From Methanothrix sp. (GTDB lineage Archaea > Halobacteriota > Methanosarcinia > Methanotrichales > Methanotrichaceae), in assembly GCA_963682135.1 (NCBI GenBank), contig OY821645.1:1952001-2016000 (forward strand): a DNA stretch of 64,000 nt, read 5' to 3'. How positions within the stretch are numbered: position 1 is the stretch's first letter; the number at the start of each line of letters is the position of its first letter. The notes under the pieces are model-generated. The model had not been told where the DNA came from, made no database searches, and saw only the letters and a program-made list of their open reading frames with translations. Positions 50,601-57,514 of the stretch are shown piece by piece. A program made the translations under genes and the position numbers.

Positions 50601-53600
50601 GGTTGAGCAGGGATTGCTGTAATCGGGTCCCCATTGGGCCACCGCGGTATTGGGGCCCGGCGAGCATCCGGTCAATCTGGTCTGAAACTCGATGATGCGC
50701 GTTTTTTTAATTTCGATGCTATCGAATTTCCACTGGAGGGTGCTGGAGAATGGATCTAACGGCTCCAAGGCAGCGCCGTTTACCCTTGCTGTTCCGGGTA
50801 CATATTGAAGGTTGGCGCCCAGGGTATCAGTTACGATGGTGTTGTAAGCTGCGCCCGTGCCTGTGTTGGTGACGTAGATCCTCCAGGTCTGGGTATCCTC
50901 AGTGGCGTAAATGGTCTCCGGCGTCAGGGTGAGAATCAGCCTGGCGGTGCCGACGAGGACTGGCTTTTCATCCGATCCAACCTTCTGATATGTTCCGCCG
51001 CATTTATCTTTGTAATCCAGAATAGCTTTTGCCGTAGGCGCGGTTCCGCAGGCTTTCTTAATCTTGAAGCTTATGGTGCCCTTTCCAGAGGTCGTCCTTA
51101 CCTTATCTCCTAAGTTCCAGATCGGCTTGCCTGTCGATAGATCCGGCTCTGCGGATGCGGCAAGCCCCGTTCCCTCGAAACCGTTGATCGATGCAGAGCC
51201 GGCCACATACTCGTAATTGGCGGTATCAAGAGTTATCCTCATCAGACCATAGGCGTAGTAATTATCTTCCTGGGTGACTACGATGGTGACATCAGTCTCT
51301 CCACCGGTCTCAATCACCGGGGGAAGGTTAAGCTTTACACTGAAGCTCGGTGGGCCCGAGGGTGCTATCTTCACAGGCATGCCCTGGTGATAGGTCTGGC
51401 CACCAGAGACCATGAGATCCGACCAATCGATAATGTCTCCCGGGCCTGTGGTGTAAAGGGTATAAGTGACGACAAGCTTGCCGTTTTGAGGAAGCTGTGG
51501 AAGGTCCAGGCCAGCTGAGCCCAGCTCCAGTTCAGGCACTCCGGAAACGGCCTCCGGAGATAAGTAGCTCTTCTTGGTCGATCCGATCTGGCTGTTATCT
51601 GCATCATAGACTGAGAAGCTCGCCGGCGCTCCTCCGCTTGGAAATTCCTGGGGTCCGGTGAAATGCACTCCGAACTTATAGCCGTTCCAGTCAGTGACCG
51701 CGCTCTGGAAGGTATAGGTTGTGGTATAACCTATATCACTGCATGTATCAACGGAGGTTGACGATTTTTCGGTGGTGAAGACTGAACCGGTGCCACCAAC
51801 GCAATTTACCATTATCTTAACCGATTTGCTGTCGGAAAGAAGTGGGCATACCGGTCCGGAATTGACCTCAGTGGCAGTCAGGGTGTTGGTGAATGATTCT
51901 CCGCAACTGCTTGCAGGTGGCTGGATTTTTACCGTCTTCGTCCATGGTGATCCTGAGACCAGGGCATTGCCACCGGTTTGAGACCAGGTTATCGTATTGG
52001 CAGTTGCATCAACTGTTCCTCCTGCTGCATCTACTACGGTGAAGCCGGCCGGATAGGCATCAACGATCTCGGCATCCAGTGTATCAGAGCACCCATCGTT
52101 CTTTTTGTAGTCTACCGTTAGATCAAATATTGCGATTTGGCTGACATCGCTGAGAATGAGGTAATCATTGGCAAGTCCTGATGCGGTCTTGCTCACGGTC
52201 AGGGTGGGTCCGTTTACTATGATATCTGCCGAGGCGCTGCCCGACAGAGTGCAGCCGCAGCAGTCAACTCCGGCCGGCGGCCTGGCGGAAAGAAGAGTGC
52301 TGTAAGTGCCTGTGCACATGTCGCAGGTGCTTGACTGCGGGCCCAGTTTGATCGTCTTTTTCCAGACAACTCCATCGCTCAAGGTTTGGGCAGCATCTGT
52401 GCTGGGCCAGGTTATGGTCTGAGCAGTGGCATCAACAACGCCGCCTGCACTATCCACAACGGAAAAGCCTTCTGGATAGGTGTCTATTATATCAACGGGC
52501 AGAGATGCGGTGCATCCTCCTCCATTTGATTTGAATTCCACCTGGAGGTCGAAGCTGGCCTCTGTGCTTGCATCATTCGGCTTCAGTATATTGCTCCCCG
52601 AGGATGTCGGGGTCTTTGTCAGGGTCAGGGTTGGCTTTTTGCTGGAATCGACGGAAAAGTATATCAGTTCCAGAGGAGGTGCCCACGGGTTTCCGCAGTC
52701 GTCGGTGTAATCCGGCTCCATGGTGAGAACTCCTCCTGTAGCCTCGCAGGCTGACCCGTCGCTCTTCATCATCAATTTAAATTGAGCGTCTCCTGCCGTT
52801 CCTGCGGCAATATCGCCAATAGTCAGGATGAACTTGCTGGGATCGGTCGGATGATCCGGGTCAGGACTTATGGTGCTCCCGGGAAGGCTGCTGACAAGGA
52901 ACTGGGATGGCAGGTTGCCCATGTGGACATGGACGCCCCTGGCCGAACCCCCTCCAGTATTAGCATAATGCAGGGTCACAGTCTGATATGAGCAGTATGG
53001 GATGCTGTAGGAGCCTGCGCTGGCGTAAACAGGAGCGATATCAAGATCCGGCTTCCAAAGAATAATCTTTATACTGCCCTTGGTGGAGAAGGAGAAGACT
53101 GAGTCGGTGCAGGCGGCTTGAGGGTTGCAGCCCCATGAACCGGTGACCGTCTCTACCAGGTTGCTGCATCCTACTACCCTGGCCTTGATCACTCCCGTCC
53201 AGGTTACTCCTGGATTTATGGGGCCTGGTATCGCGACGGTGGCCGGGTTTCCTGGGGTGATGACCGTGCTGGTGTCACCGGCAGGTGCAGTTATGGAAAC
53301 AAACTCCAATCCTGAGTCGAATTGATCTGAGAGCTTTATGTTGTAAAGCGGACCTGCTGCGGTTCCAGCTGCGGCATTTTTAACCATCAGGTTCCATTCC
53401 ACATAGTCGCCAACGGCGGCAGTGATAACGGATCCTGAATTAGGGGTCGTGATCGGGACTTTTTCTACGTTGAGCTGGCCTCTTTTAATGAGTATGGTCT
53501 TAGGAGTGCTGACTGCTGAGGGTGTCTTGTGTACGCCCATTGTATAATCTATTGCCAGGTTAATCGGCTGGCCGCTGGCAGGATCTGCCTCGCAGTCGGC

Positions 53601-54089
53601 AGTGACGCCAAAGGTGATTGCAACAGATGAACCAGGGACCAGGTTTCCTGGAGTTGTGCCAAGATCCCAGGTAAGGGTCTGACCATTGATGGTGGGATCC
53701 ACAGTAGAAACAGTTGAACCGCCGCTTGGAGATTGAATTGTTGTTGATCCGGTGCTATATTTGAAACCCGCAGGGAGGGTAACCGTGGCCTTTAGGCTGG
53801 AAGCTGCGCAGTCGCTGCCTGCAGAATTGGTATTGGATATAGTGGCTTTAAAATATGAGGGATTTGGACTGCAGACTGTTATTGAGTAATCGCTTGTTGG
53901 ACTCGCAATGGAATATGTCAGATCCGAGCAGTCTCCATGAGCTGACACTGTCAAGACTATGAGCAGAAAGAGCGCAAGACATATTCGCTTTACTAGGAAA
54001 TTTCTCAAGCATTCGGATTCGTTATACTTACTTAAGATATGTTCTATCATTTTTTTATGTATAAATAGCAAACTAATTGCATAATTCAT
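35610..54089 (-). CDS. Giant (6159 aa) secreted DUF11 / SdrD B-like repeat surface protein (adhesin-like)
   Basis: Signal-like ICLALFLLIVLTVSAHG, many DUF11-type Ig domains (L.LTK...V.D.LP.G..Y), about 29 SLGDFVW.D.N.NG.Q / CL.GLAW.D repeats and C-terminal DUF11-type domains. Confidence 0.92.
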   Translation of the reverse strand: MNYAISLLFIHKKMIEHILSKYNESECLRNFLVKRICLALFLLIVLTVSAHGDCSDLTYSIASPTSDYSITVCSPNPSYFKATISNTNSAGSDCAASSLKATVTLPAGFKYSTGSTTIQSPSGGSTVSTVDPTINGQTLTWDLGTTPGNLVPGSSVAITFGVTADCEADPASGQPINLAIDYTMGVHKTPSAVSTPKTILIKRGQLNVEKVPITTPNSGSVITAAVGDYVEWNLMVKNAAAGTAAGPLYNIKLSDQFDSGLEFVSITAPAGDTSTVITPGNPATVAIPGPINPGVTWTGVIKARVVGCSNLVETVTGSWGCNPQAACTDSVFSFSTKGSIKIILWKPDLDIAPVYASAGSYSIPYCSYQTVTLHYANTGGGSARGVHVHMGNLPSQFLVSSLPGSTISPDPDHPTDPSKFILTIGDIAAGTAGDAQFKLMMKSDGSACEATGGVLTMEPDYTDDCGNPWAPPLELIYFSVDSSKKPTLTLTKTPTSSGSNILKPNDASTEASFDLQVEFKSNGGGCTASLPVDIIDTYPEGFSVVDSAGGVVDATAQTITWPSTDAAQTLSDGVVWKKTIKLGPQSSTCDMCTGTYSTLLSARPPAGVDCCGCTLSGSASADIIVNGPTLTVSKTASGLANDYLILSDVSQIAIFDLTVDYKKNDGCSDTLDAEIVDAYPAGFTVVDAAGGTVDATANTITWSQTGGNALVSGSPWTKTVKIQPPASSCGESFTNTLTATEVNSGPVCPLLSDSKSVKIMVNCVGGTGSVFTTEKSSTSVDTCSDIGYTTTYTFQSAVTDWNGYKFGVHFTGPQEFPSGGAPASFSVYDADNSQIGSTKKSYLSPEAVSGVPELELGSAGLDLPQLPQNGKLVVTYTLYTTGPGDIIDWSDLMVSGGQTYHQGMPVKIAPSGPPSFSVKLNLPPVIETGGETDVTIVVTQEDNYYAYGLMRITLDTANYEYVAGSASINGFEGTGLAASAEPDLSTGKPIWNLGDKVRTTSGKGTISFKIKKACGTAPTAKAILDYKDKCGGTYQKVGSDEKPVLVGTARLILTLTPETIYATEDTQTWRIYVTNTGTGAAYNTIVTDTLGANLQYVPGTARVNGAALEPLDPFSSTLQWKFDSIEIKKTRIIEFQTRLTGCSPGPNTAVAQWGPDYSNPCSTTSTGTSRVVLNTNYQFAVQLVTAPIDPCGDRSGPFSLTITNSGGVHAYGVTATQRLPIGLGIVGGIDNGITYEGSHQPLLGFNPNNGEISLDFTGQDWAPGDYCQISYYLQSDTTPPCKFDPTAATTSASVDYHTPCGSSKAEALNDIPLSSANSQLELTKVQIHPSSSVVDKDTEVSWKITVKNPSGNLWTARNVVVKDLLPSNTQFLADPITPGYEPTTTPYSGDGTSGNELTWNLGDMAVGSEKSIIVNAKVTICDAGTNKATVTWGCCEDTKHTSASTPINVDLKTKPTFGIAQTSNVNVCSGTISLTISNTGATANGPFTLADTIPEGFVYDGISSAAINGNPITMPAPTSTGTSPVTLTWDLTGLFADNKMLKDDTLTITFKISDDGYHCGSSATNPRNAAVFSGKDLCGYSVTRTVSSPVTILAPNLVVTKTPHDQKAVVGEKNSWTLTVTNTGTADAENVVVTDTFGSAYQISDPERDVPDGIIQPGGTGTVVTWSLPTLAGNGGSWTKTVKATLTSTSSDMNNYVHAEGKCSSGCVYGSDDDTAAATYVTITKSTTTSTLTIGDKVDFIITASLLGTGVPFTNVKIKDTLPKGLDVVGSDYYSCSDSASCSGIVATKQASGEDQLITWSLPDFVGAKTVQITLHAVVKDKVDGVSYNKDGDTLVNKVDLVRTVYGQTSTDSDEESVSLVEPKLKLEKAVDISTVNPITHNPMYHPGDTVTYTITIYHDADSHATAYQVDVQDTLPTGMTYVPGSIRIINGPAGTADDTSADAKLLKWHFDQVEQTWVSGNPIRLSYQAKIDDDVQTGILNNKVIADYYTKLSPTDNPERRLEPELAASKTINAAVACIGDKVWEDKNGNGQQDAGEPGIAGVTVTLFKSDGTQVGTPFTTLADGAYSFSHLEPGDYYLRFSPPASSSYVFTPKGIGAASTDSNAENAAGATYGQTDTRTLSIGETISCDSTVDAGLYIPTCLNGLAWVDTNGNGIKDGSESGLQGVSVTLYRKNDFSTSYVQKGVTSTDSSGAYSFSSLQPGTYYVVFAKPAGTNYLFIIKSAGSDTQVLNSAGKTSTVVLTSGQACDGTLKAGLYQPASLGDFVWHDRNANGIQDTGEEGISGATVILRKSGVTTSTATTLADGKYKFTGLVPGSYTVTFAKPSGYNSFSPKGIGDADKNSDADTTSGQTVAITLLSGQEDLTWDAGVYKYASLGDFVWHDRNANGIQETSEEGVAGVTVTLYKSGVASGTTTTSTTGAYLFSNLVPGSYSVKFDKPAGYDSFSPMDQGADNAKDSDADTTSGQTATTTLQSGDSDRTWDAGVYKYASLGDFVWHDRNANGIQDAGEEGIADVTVTLYKSGVASGTITTGPDGNYKFTGLVPGVYSVKFEKPAGYDSFSPVDKGNDNTVDSDADATSGQTATTTLQSGDNDLTWDAGVYKYTCLNGLAWIDTNGNGIKDGSESGLQDVSVTLYRKDDFGGADVQKAVTSTDPSGAYSFSSLQPGTYYVKFTKPSGTGYLFIIKSAGSETQVLDASGKTSTVVLTSGQACDGTLKAGLYLPASLGDFVWQDKNANGIQETGEEGIAGANVILHKPDGSTSTATTLADGKYQFTGLVPGSYYVVFTKPAGYDSFSPKDIGDAGRNSDADTTSGQTVAITLLSGQEDLTWDAGVYKYASLGDFVWHDRNANGIQETGEEGVAGVTVTLYKSGVASGTTTTGTDGYYLFSNLVPGSYSVKFEKPAEYNSFSPMGQGGDNAKDSDADIVDGKTASTTLQSGDSDLKLDAGIYKYASLGDFVWHDRNANGIQDAGEEGIADVTVTLYKSGVASGTTKTGLDGSYQFTGLVPGSYSVDFDKPAGYDSFSPVDQGGDNAKDSDADIADGKTASTALQSGSVDNSWDAGAYKYTCLNGLAWVDTNGNGNKDLGEDELQDVSVTLYRMDDLGGADVQKAVTSTDSNGAYSFSNLQPGTYYVVFAKPTGTNYLFIIKSTGSETQVLDSSGKTSTVVLTSGQSNCDGTLKAGLYLPASLGDFVWQDKNANGIQETGEEGIAGANVILHKPDGSTSTATTLADGKYQFTGLVPGSYYVVFTKPAGYDSFSPKGIGDAGRNSDADTTSGQTVAITLLSGQEDLTWDAGVYKYASLGDFVWHDRNANGIQETGEEGVAGVTVTLYKSGVASGTTITGTDGYYQFNGMVPGSYSVKFDKPAEYNSFSPMGQGGDNAKDSDADIVDGKTASTTLQSGDSDLKLDAGIYKYASLGDFVWHDRNANGIQDAGEEGIADVTVTLYKSGVASGTTKTGLDGSYQFTGLVPGSYSVDFDKPAGYDSFSPAGQGGDDGKDSDADIADGQTDPITLQSGVHDPTWDAGLCKDVCLGGLAWVDTNGNGIKDSSENGLQGVSVILYRMDDLGGADVQKAVTSTDSNGAYSFGDLQPGTYYVVFAKPTGTNYLFITKSTGSETQVQNQDGKTGTVALTSGQPCDGTLKAGLYLPASLGDFVWHDRNANGIQDSGEEGIADVTVTLHKSGVASGTTKTGLDGSYQFTSLVPGSYSVEFTKPAEYDSFSPVDQGGDNAADSDADTAGGQTASTTLQSGDSDITLDAGLYKYTCLSGLAWVDSNGNGIKDSGENAREGVFVTLYRKDDFGGADVQKAVTSTDSDGAYSFSDLQPGTYYVVFAKPTGTNYLFIIKSTGSDTQVQDSAGQTGTVDLTSGQPDCDGTLKAGLYLPASLGDFVWHDKNANGIQDSGEEGIEGATVTLHKPDGTASITTTGTGGNYQFTNLVPGSYYVVFDKPTGYDSFSPEDQGGDDAADSNADISSGETAAITLLSGQDDLTWDAGVYKYASLGDFVWHDKNANGIQDAGEEGIAGVTVTLHKPGGATSIATTGTDGSYKFTGLVPGSYSVAFTKPAGYDSFSPEDQGGDDAADSNADISSGETAPTTLQSGESNLKLDAGIYKLASLGDFVWHDNNANGVQDAGEEGIAGVTVTLYMSDALAGTTTTDASGYYQFPGLVPGSYSLEFAKPAKYDSFSPKDQGGDDGKDSDADTASGKSASTALQSGVNDPTWDAGLYKYTCSNGLAWVDTNGNGIKDSSESGLEGVSVSLYRMDDFGGADVLKATASTDANGAYSFSDLQAGTYYVVFAKPTGTNYLFIIEQSGSDTQVLNSDGKTSTIILTSGQTTCDGTLKAGLYLPASLGDFVWHDKNNNGIQDSGEEGIADVTVTLYKSGVAISTATTLADGKYQFTDLAPGSYSVAFTKPAGYDSFSPKDQGGDKAVDSNADSNGLTDTISLASEEINLNIDAGLNRKASLGDFFWEDLNANGIQEPGEIGIPTATVLLFDASGNKLGETTTDANGFYEFTDLNPGDYFVQFVLPAGFSWSPNGMGDAAHNSDAGLDGKTDIISLISGENDLELDAGAFRTASIGDYVWTDENANGIQEQGEKGLAAVKVELYSTSGTKIAETFTDANGWYQFTGLRPGDYYLIFYAPEGHYQSPADLGGNDALDSDTGTDGKTAITSLASGENDISWDAGYYRLSALGGFVWEDLNADGIYQPGEGSAISGVTVNLYHSDGTLVGTTTTDANGQYLFQDLVPGDYYLTFQSPQGYSFSPANQGGNDNMDSDPAVNGRTETTTLLSGESDLTWWAGLNRKSSLGDYVWNDADANGLQDAGEAGISGVSVQLYDAAGNLIQTTSTDGNGYYSFTDLQPGSYSLKFLAPAGLRFSPKDAGDNLLDSDTNDAGLTGPIVLVSGQNDPSWDAGLFGLASLGDTVWLDINGNGIQDQNEPGVAGVIANLYRSDDTLVKTTSTDTNGYYDFTELDAGTYYLIFSPPQGYDFTASGQGSDPAKDSNADSSGRTAPVALTTGKNDPTIDAGVTMPASLGDYVWYDSNADGVFQSGEAGIPNVLVELYRSDGTLAASATTDGSGHYTFVQLAPGDYYLLFHAPDGYHFSPMNQGADDNQDSDAASNGRTDVFNLPSGANDMSRDAGLNEKVALGDFVWVDYNKDGIQDDGEPGIVDIKVTLYSQDGKEIGSTNTDENGKYLFEVSPGQYYLIFGLPDGFDFTKQNQGTDTDKDSNPDSSGKTAVFQIDPGQADLSLDAGVYTKQDPIVTTALGDFVWVDYNKDGIQDDGEPGIVDIKVTLYSQDGKEIGSTTTDENGKYLFKVSPGQYYLIFGLPDGFVFTGQNQGTNTDKDSNPDSSGKTAVFQIDLGETDLSLDAGVYAKQDPIVIKPILNLTKTCLTKSVASGGEAVFKITFANEGNIDLHNVVLTEFYPKGSIFLSASISPDQGNNSVWTIGTLKQSESGQIEVTLLMPERANLTFTMQQSVKGEGFVRVHNDMDTRPEPYTITNQARITSSETGPISTSASVTLVEKPGTVISVRESGSGNYQTEHISRLITENRTTESITSLSATHRPTSFKLPANRSIVYADRWTEDIRGKNEISKASVRESYRYATSIERNQSLKMSENGSTMKTDVKFEGAGHIGVLKKETDVVKPFEKPVFESREDYAGRFNISEYADEYGENVMTNRSVQGNGTVSTAKTVRSSQGTYEYGTGSYNVEEEVVSGSSYMAKDIKLVYEPSSFNYTPQLAVNQSMKWNEGMYTKSGNAKLRGGGLTNKSCIAGVDSTLKSYIGQQFSSLDSMNKTTEIKGLSEMNTEAQFKGQARLRTLLESGKDGAGTRLSGNSSGVEDSSDRIDMDEQYAGEFIISRKTALTGVSRYEVPHITVWKDGRLTYGLLKKVNATIAEYTITMINDGSRSLGPIYVRDTFPAGTQFIDASLRPAEQTAEYANWTIVSLGIGSTNTIKLRLNVTEEAGDLVNVVEATGWHSSGQTVGRNISAMERAGLPCCQPQLLAEKTATLDPADPTLIHYKISIKNTASSPMAVQVVDYMPPDLSIITSSQTPSDYSADQTTWTLTAVPPGEVETISYSAQAKRNGAYTNQAHLQAYSLDGSGSASADVSASVVVGGSAQPAKTQRYGGDWQPPADEFGLTTTDEGMGTLEDF
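37950..48050 (-). repeat. Array of about 29 SdrD B-like repeats with ~1.39-kb higher-order unit
   Basis: The Cys-containing variant (CCAGGCTA, ...GLAW) recurs at ~47641, 46253, 44863, 43471, 42770 and 41375. Long near-identical DNA blocks. Confidence 0.88.
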
Positions 54090-54558
54090 TGTGCATCCTC
54101 CCCGAATATGATGTCATTACAATGGATCAGATTATGATTATTTGAAATGATAATCTCCTCACTTGGATGATTTTTCAAAGCCGATCCGACTGGAATTGTA
54201 ATGTTTAAGGCGGAAAAATGGTGTTCGGACAATTAGATAAATATGTCGGTACAATCATACTGATGTGTCGTACTGTCGTCCTGAACGTCCCCCTTCCCAG
54301 AGGCTAGAAGGGGCCATTTCAGTCAGGTATAGGTCTTGGAACCTTCTTTGTGTGTCTGTTTGGCTTTTTCCATTCGCCAAAGGGTCGGGTCTTCCTGATT
54401 GGTCTACGTCACTTTGTGCTGGCTGATCTATAACCAAACACTAGCATACCGAAAAAATGCCTGGGAAAAACACTTGTCAAGATGTAATTAAATATATTTG
54501 GTCCTAAGACAAGAAAACTTTATATGGCAGAATGTCGTTGCCCTCAATCGGTGAAGCA

Positions 54559-55263
54559 ATGCACATAATGGAGGGTTTTCTTCCTCATCCCTGGTGGGAG
54601 ATCTGGTTTGCACTCTCACTTCCAGTTGTGGCGTATGGTGTCTACAAGATGAACAAGATGATCAAGGAGAGCCGTGAGACTCTGCCTCTTCTGGCTGTGG
54701 CCGGTGCTTTCGTATTTGTTCTCTCCTCCCTGAAGCTGCCCTCCGTCACAGGGAGCTGCTCACATCCCACTGGAACGGGAATGGGCTCGATTATCTTCGG
54801 CCCCTGGATAACTTCGGTCCTGGCCATGATCGTCCTGGTCTACCAGGCCGTATTTTTGGCGCACGGCGGCCTGACCACCCTGGGGGCAAACACCTTTTCC
54901 ATGGGCATTGCAGGGCCCGTCGTCGGATACCTGGTCTACAAAGCGGCCAGCAGATCCGGGCTGCATCTTTACCTGGCCGTCTTCCTGGCTGCGACTCTGG
55001 CAGACTGGGCGACTTATCTCGTCACATCCTTGCAGCTGGCTCTGGCCTTTCCGGGGGCAATTGGCGGCGTCTTATCTTCCTTTGAGGCTTTTGCCGCCGT
55101 CTTTGCAATAACCCAGATTCCCCTGGCCATAGTGGAAGGAATGGTGACCGCATTGATGTTCAAATATATAGTGCAGCTTAGAAGCGACGTGCTGGTGAGA
55201 ATGAATGTGGTCTCCCAAAGCACGATAATGAAGCTGAAGGATCTGAAGGAGGCCGTGGCATGA
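54559..55263 (+). CDS. cbiM: Cobalt ECF transporter substrate component CbiM
   Basis: MHIMEGFLP N-terminus, GSCSHPTG and AHGGLTTLGAN. GGTGA RBS. Confidence 0.95.
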   Translation: MHIMEGFLPHPWWEIWFALSLPVVAYGVYKMNKMIKESRETLPLLAVAGAFVFVLSSLKLPSVTGSCSHPTGTGMGSIIFGPWITSVLAMIVLVYQAVFLAHGGLTTLGANTFSMGIAGPVVGYLVYKAASRSGLHLYLAVFLAATLADWATYLVTSLQLALAFPGAIGGVLSSFEAFAAVFAITQIPLAIVEGMVTALMFKYIVQLRSDVLVRMNVVSQSTIMKLKDLKEAVA

Positions 55264-55589
55264 AAATGAAGCTGGAACTCTTGACTTTAGGCGTCATCGT
55301 GCTCTTCATCGCTGCCTTTGCTATCGTCAGTTCTACCCAAAACCACGAGTGGGGGGGAGCAGACGGCCAGGCTGAAGATGTGATCTCCGACCTTACCGGC
55401 GGCACCTATGTTCCATGGTTTCAGTCCATTTACCAGCCTCCCAGCGGCGAGATCGAGAGCCTTCTCTTTGCCCTGCAGGCGGCCATCGGCAGCCTCATCA
55501 TCGGTTATTTTCTAGGCTACTATCGTGCTCTGGCCAAGGCAAAAGCAGATAAATCCGTCCCGGTGCATGAAGGAAAGTCGGATGCATAA
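55260..55589 (+). CDS. cbiN: Cobalt transport protein CbiN
   Basis: WGGADGQA, Y.PWF and PPSGEIESLLFALQAAIG. Confidence 0.95.
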   Translation: MKMKLELLTLGVIVLFIAAFAIVSSTQNHEWGGADGQAEDVISDLTGGTYVPWFQSIYQPPSGEIESLLFALQAAIGSLIIGYFLGYYRALAKAKADKSVPVHEGKSDA

Positions 55590-56364
55590 CCTTCTTGACG
55601 ACTACGCACATGTTAATGCCCTGCGGGAGACCAGTTCCCGTCTCAAACTGTTCCTGGGCCTCTGGGCCATCCTCCTTTGCGTATCATCCACCACGCCCGT
55701 CGCGCCCTTATTCGTGGCCATAACCATGAGCCTGATAACTGTGATTCTGGCCAAAATCCCCGCGCGCATCTATTCTCGGCTGCTGCTGGTGCCCCTCTCC
55801 TTCGCCATGCTCAGCGCAGGAGTGGTAGCCTTCATGCATGGTAATGGACAGCTGCTATTTTCCGTGCAGCTCTTTGGAATCGATCTGGCCGTCAGAGAAG
55901 AAGGTGCAAACCTGGCCGCCCTTCTTATCGCCCGGACCTTTGGCGGCATGTGCTCTTTGTATTTCATTGCTTTAACCACGCCCATGATTGAGATATTCGC
56001 CGTGCTCAAGACTCTGCACGTACCGCAGTCGGTCATCGAGCTGTCCATGATGATCTACCGATACATCTTCGTCTTTCTGGATCAGGCGGCCATGATCCAC
56101 AGCGCTCAGGTAATGCGCCTGGGTGACGCCGGCACAAAAAACTCCCTGAACTCATTTGTTATGCTTTGCAGCGTTCTATTCCTTCGCTCCTGGGAGCAGG
56201 GGGAAAGGCTCATCGTGGCCATGGATTCTCGCTGTTACGACGGCAAGCTCGATCTCATCGATCAGGCAGAGGGGGCAAAGCCCAGGGCGATTCTTGCAGT
56301 AGCTGTCTATTTGGCTGCAGCTACTGCCATAGCTGTTTTAACCAGGGACGTTCTGCTCTTGTGA
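55582..56364 (+). CDS. cbiQ: Cobalt ECF transporter T component CbiQ
   Basis: LTTPM.EI, IYRYIF and AMDSRCYDG. Confidence 0.92.
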   Translation: MHNLLDDYAHVNALRETSSRLKLFLGLWAILLCVSSTTPVAPLFVAITMSLITVILAKIPARIYSRLLLVPLSFAMLSAGVVAFMHGNGQLLFSVQLFGIDLAVREEGANLAALLIARTFGGMCSLYFIALTTPMIEIFAVLKTLHVPQSVIELSMMIYRYIFVFLDQAAMIHSAQVMRLGDAGTKNSLNSFVMLCSVLFLRSWEQGERLIVAMDSRCYDGKLDLIDQAEGAKPRAILAVAVYLAAATAIAVLTRDVLLL

Positions 56365-56371
56365 GGCTACT

Positions 56372-57514
56372 ATGACGACTATCCTTGAAACCAGAAGTCT
56401 CTGCTATTCCTATGGAGATGGAACGCAGGCTCTGAAAGATGTCTGCATCTCCTTGCAGGAGGGAAAAAAGGTTGCTCTGGTGGGGCCCAACGGAGCCGGC
56501 AAATCCACACTCATGCTCATGTTCAATGGCATCTTGCGGCCTTCGCAGGGCGCGGTCCTCTTCCGGGGCCGGCCCATGAGTTACGATGCCGCAAGCTTGC
56601 GGTCCATCCGGCGAGCTGTGGGCATGGTCTTTCAAAATTCCGACGACCAGCTCTTTGCGCCTACTGTTTTCCAGGACGTGGCCTTCGGCCCCACAAATCT
56701 GGGCTATGCTGCAGAGAAGGTGAAGAGGTATGTGGGCTTTGCCCTGCAGTACGTGGGTTTATTTGGATATGAACGCCGTCCACCGCATCACCTCAGTGGC
56801 GGCGAGAAGAAGAGAGTGGCCATCGCCGGCATTCTGGCCATGGAGCCGGAGGTGATAATTCTCGATGAGCCTACCTCCAACCTTGATCCAGCCAGCTCAG
56901 AAGAGATCATGGAGATGCTCGATGAGCTGAACTACGGCGGAAAGACATTGATCATCTCCACTCATGACGTGGACCTGGCCTATCGCTGGGCGGATGAGGT
57001 CATCCTCATGAAGGACGGCGGGGTAGTCCGCCGGGGTACAGGGCAGGAGGTATTCGGAGATGCAAAGCTGATAAAGGGCGCTCGTCTCAAGCTTCCCCTC
57101 GTGGTGGATCTCTACCAGGAGCTGGCTGGCCGGGGCATTGCCCGGGGATCAGCGCCACCCAAGAACATCCTTGAGCTTTGCGATCTCCTGCAGCCAAAGG
57201 CAGAGGCCGGGACATGGGGCAGGATCTACATCTGCAACGTGGATGAGGCGGATGGAAAACAGATCCTGGCAATGCTCGAAAAAGTTCCCGCCTGCTTTAA
57301 GGGTGCGATGGGCACCACTGCCAAGGCCCTGGCGGAAAAATGCGGCATATCCATAGATTTTACCTACGGCGTCATCGACAAATGCATACTAAAAGCGCTC
57401 CTGGGAAAGAACTCTATCATCATGACCTCGGGAGGGATGGTGGATCACGCTATGCAGAGAATCAGGGACTACTGCCGGGAGTCCGAGACGAAGATCGAGA
57501 CAATCCGGCTTTAG
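56372..57514 (+). CDS. cbiO: Cobalt ECF transporter ATPase CbiO with C-terminal extension
   Basis: GPNGAGKST, FQNSDDQLF, LSGGEKKR and LDEPT. Confidence 0.92.
   Translation: MTTILETRSLCYSYGDGTQALKDVCISLQEGKKVALVGPNGAGKSTLMLMFNGILRPSQGAVLFRGRPMSYDAASLRSIRRAVGMVFQNSDDQLFAPTVFQDVAFGPTNLGYAAEKVKRYVGFALQYVGLFGYERRPPHHLSGGEKKRVAIAGILAMEPEVIILDEPTSNLDPASSEEIMEMLDELNYGGKTLIISTHDVDLAYRWADEVILMKDGGVVRRGTGQEVFGDAKLIKGARLKLPLVVDLYQELAGRGIARGSAPPKNILELCDLLQPKAEAGTWGRIYICNVDEADGKQILAMLEKVPACFKGAMGTTAKALAEKCGISIDFTYGVIDKCILKALLGKNSIIMTSGGMVDHAMQRIRDYCRESETKIETIRL

Noticed and set aside
54255-54530. Cobalamin riboswitch upstream of cbiM
   Set aside because: No recognisable B12-box or conserved core, and a TATA box close to cbiM implies a short leader.
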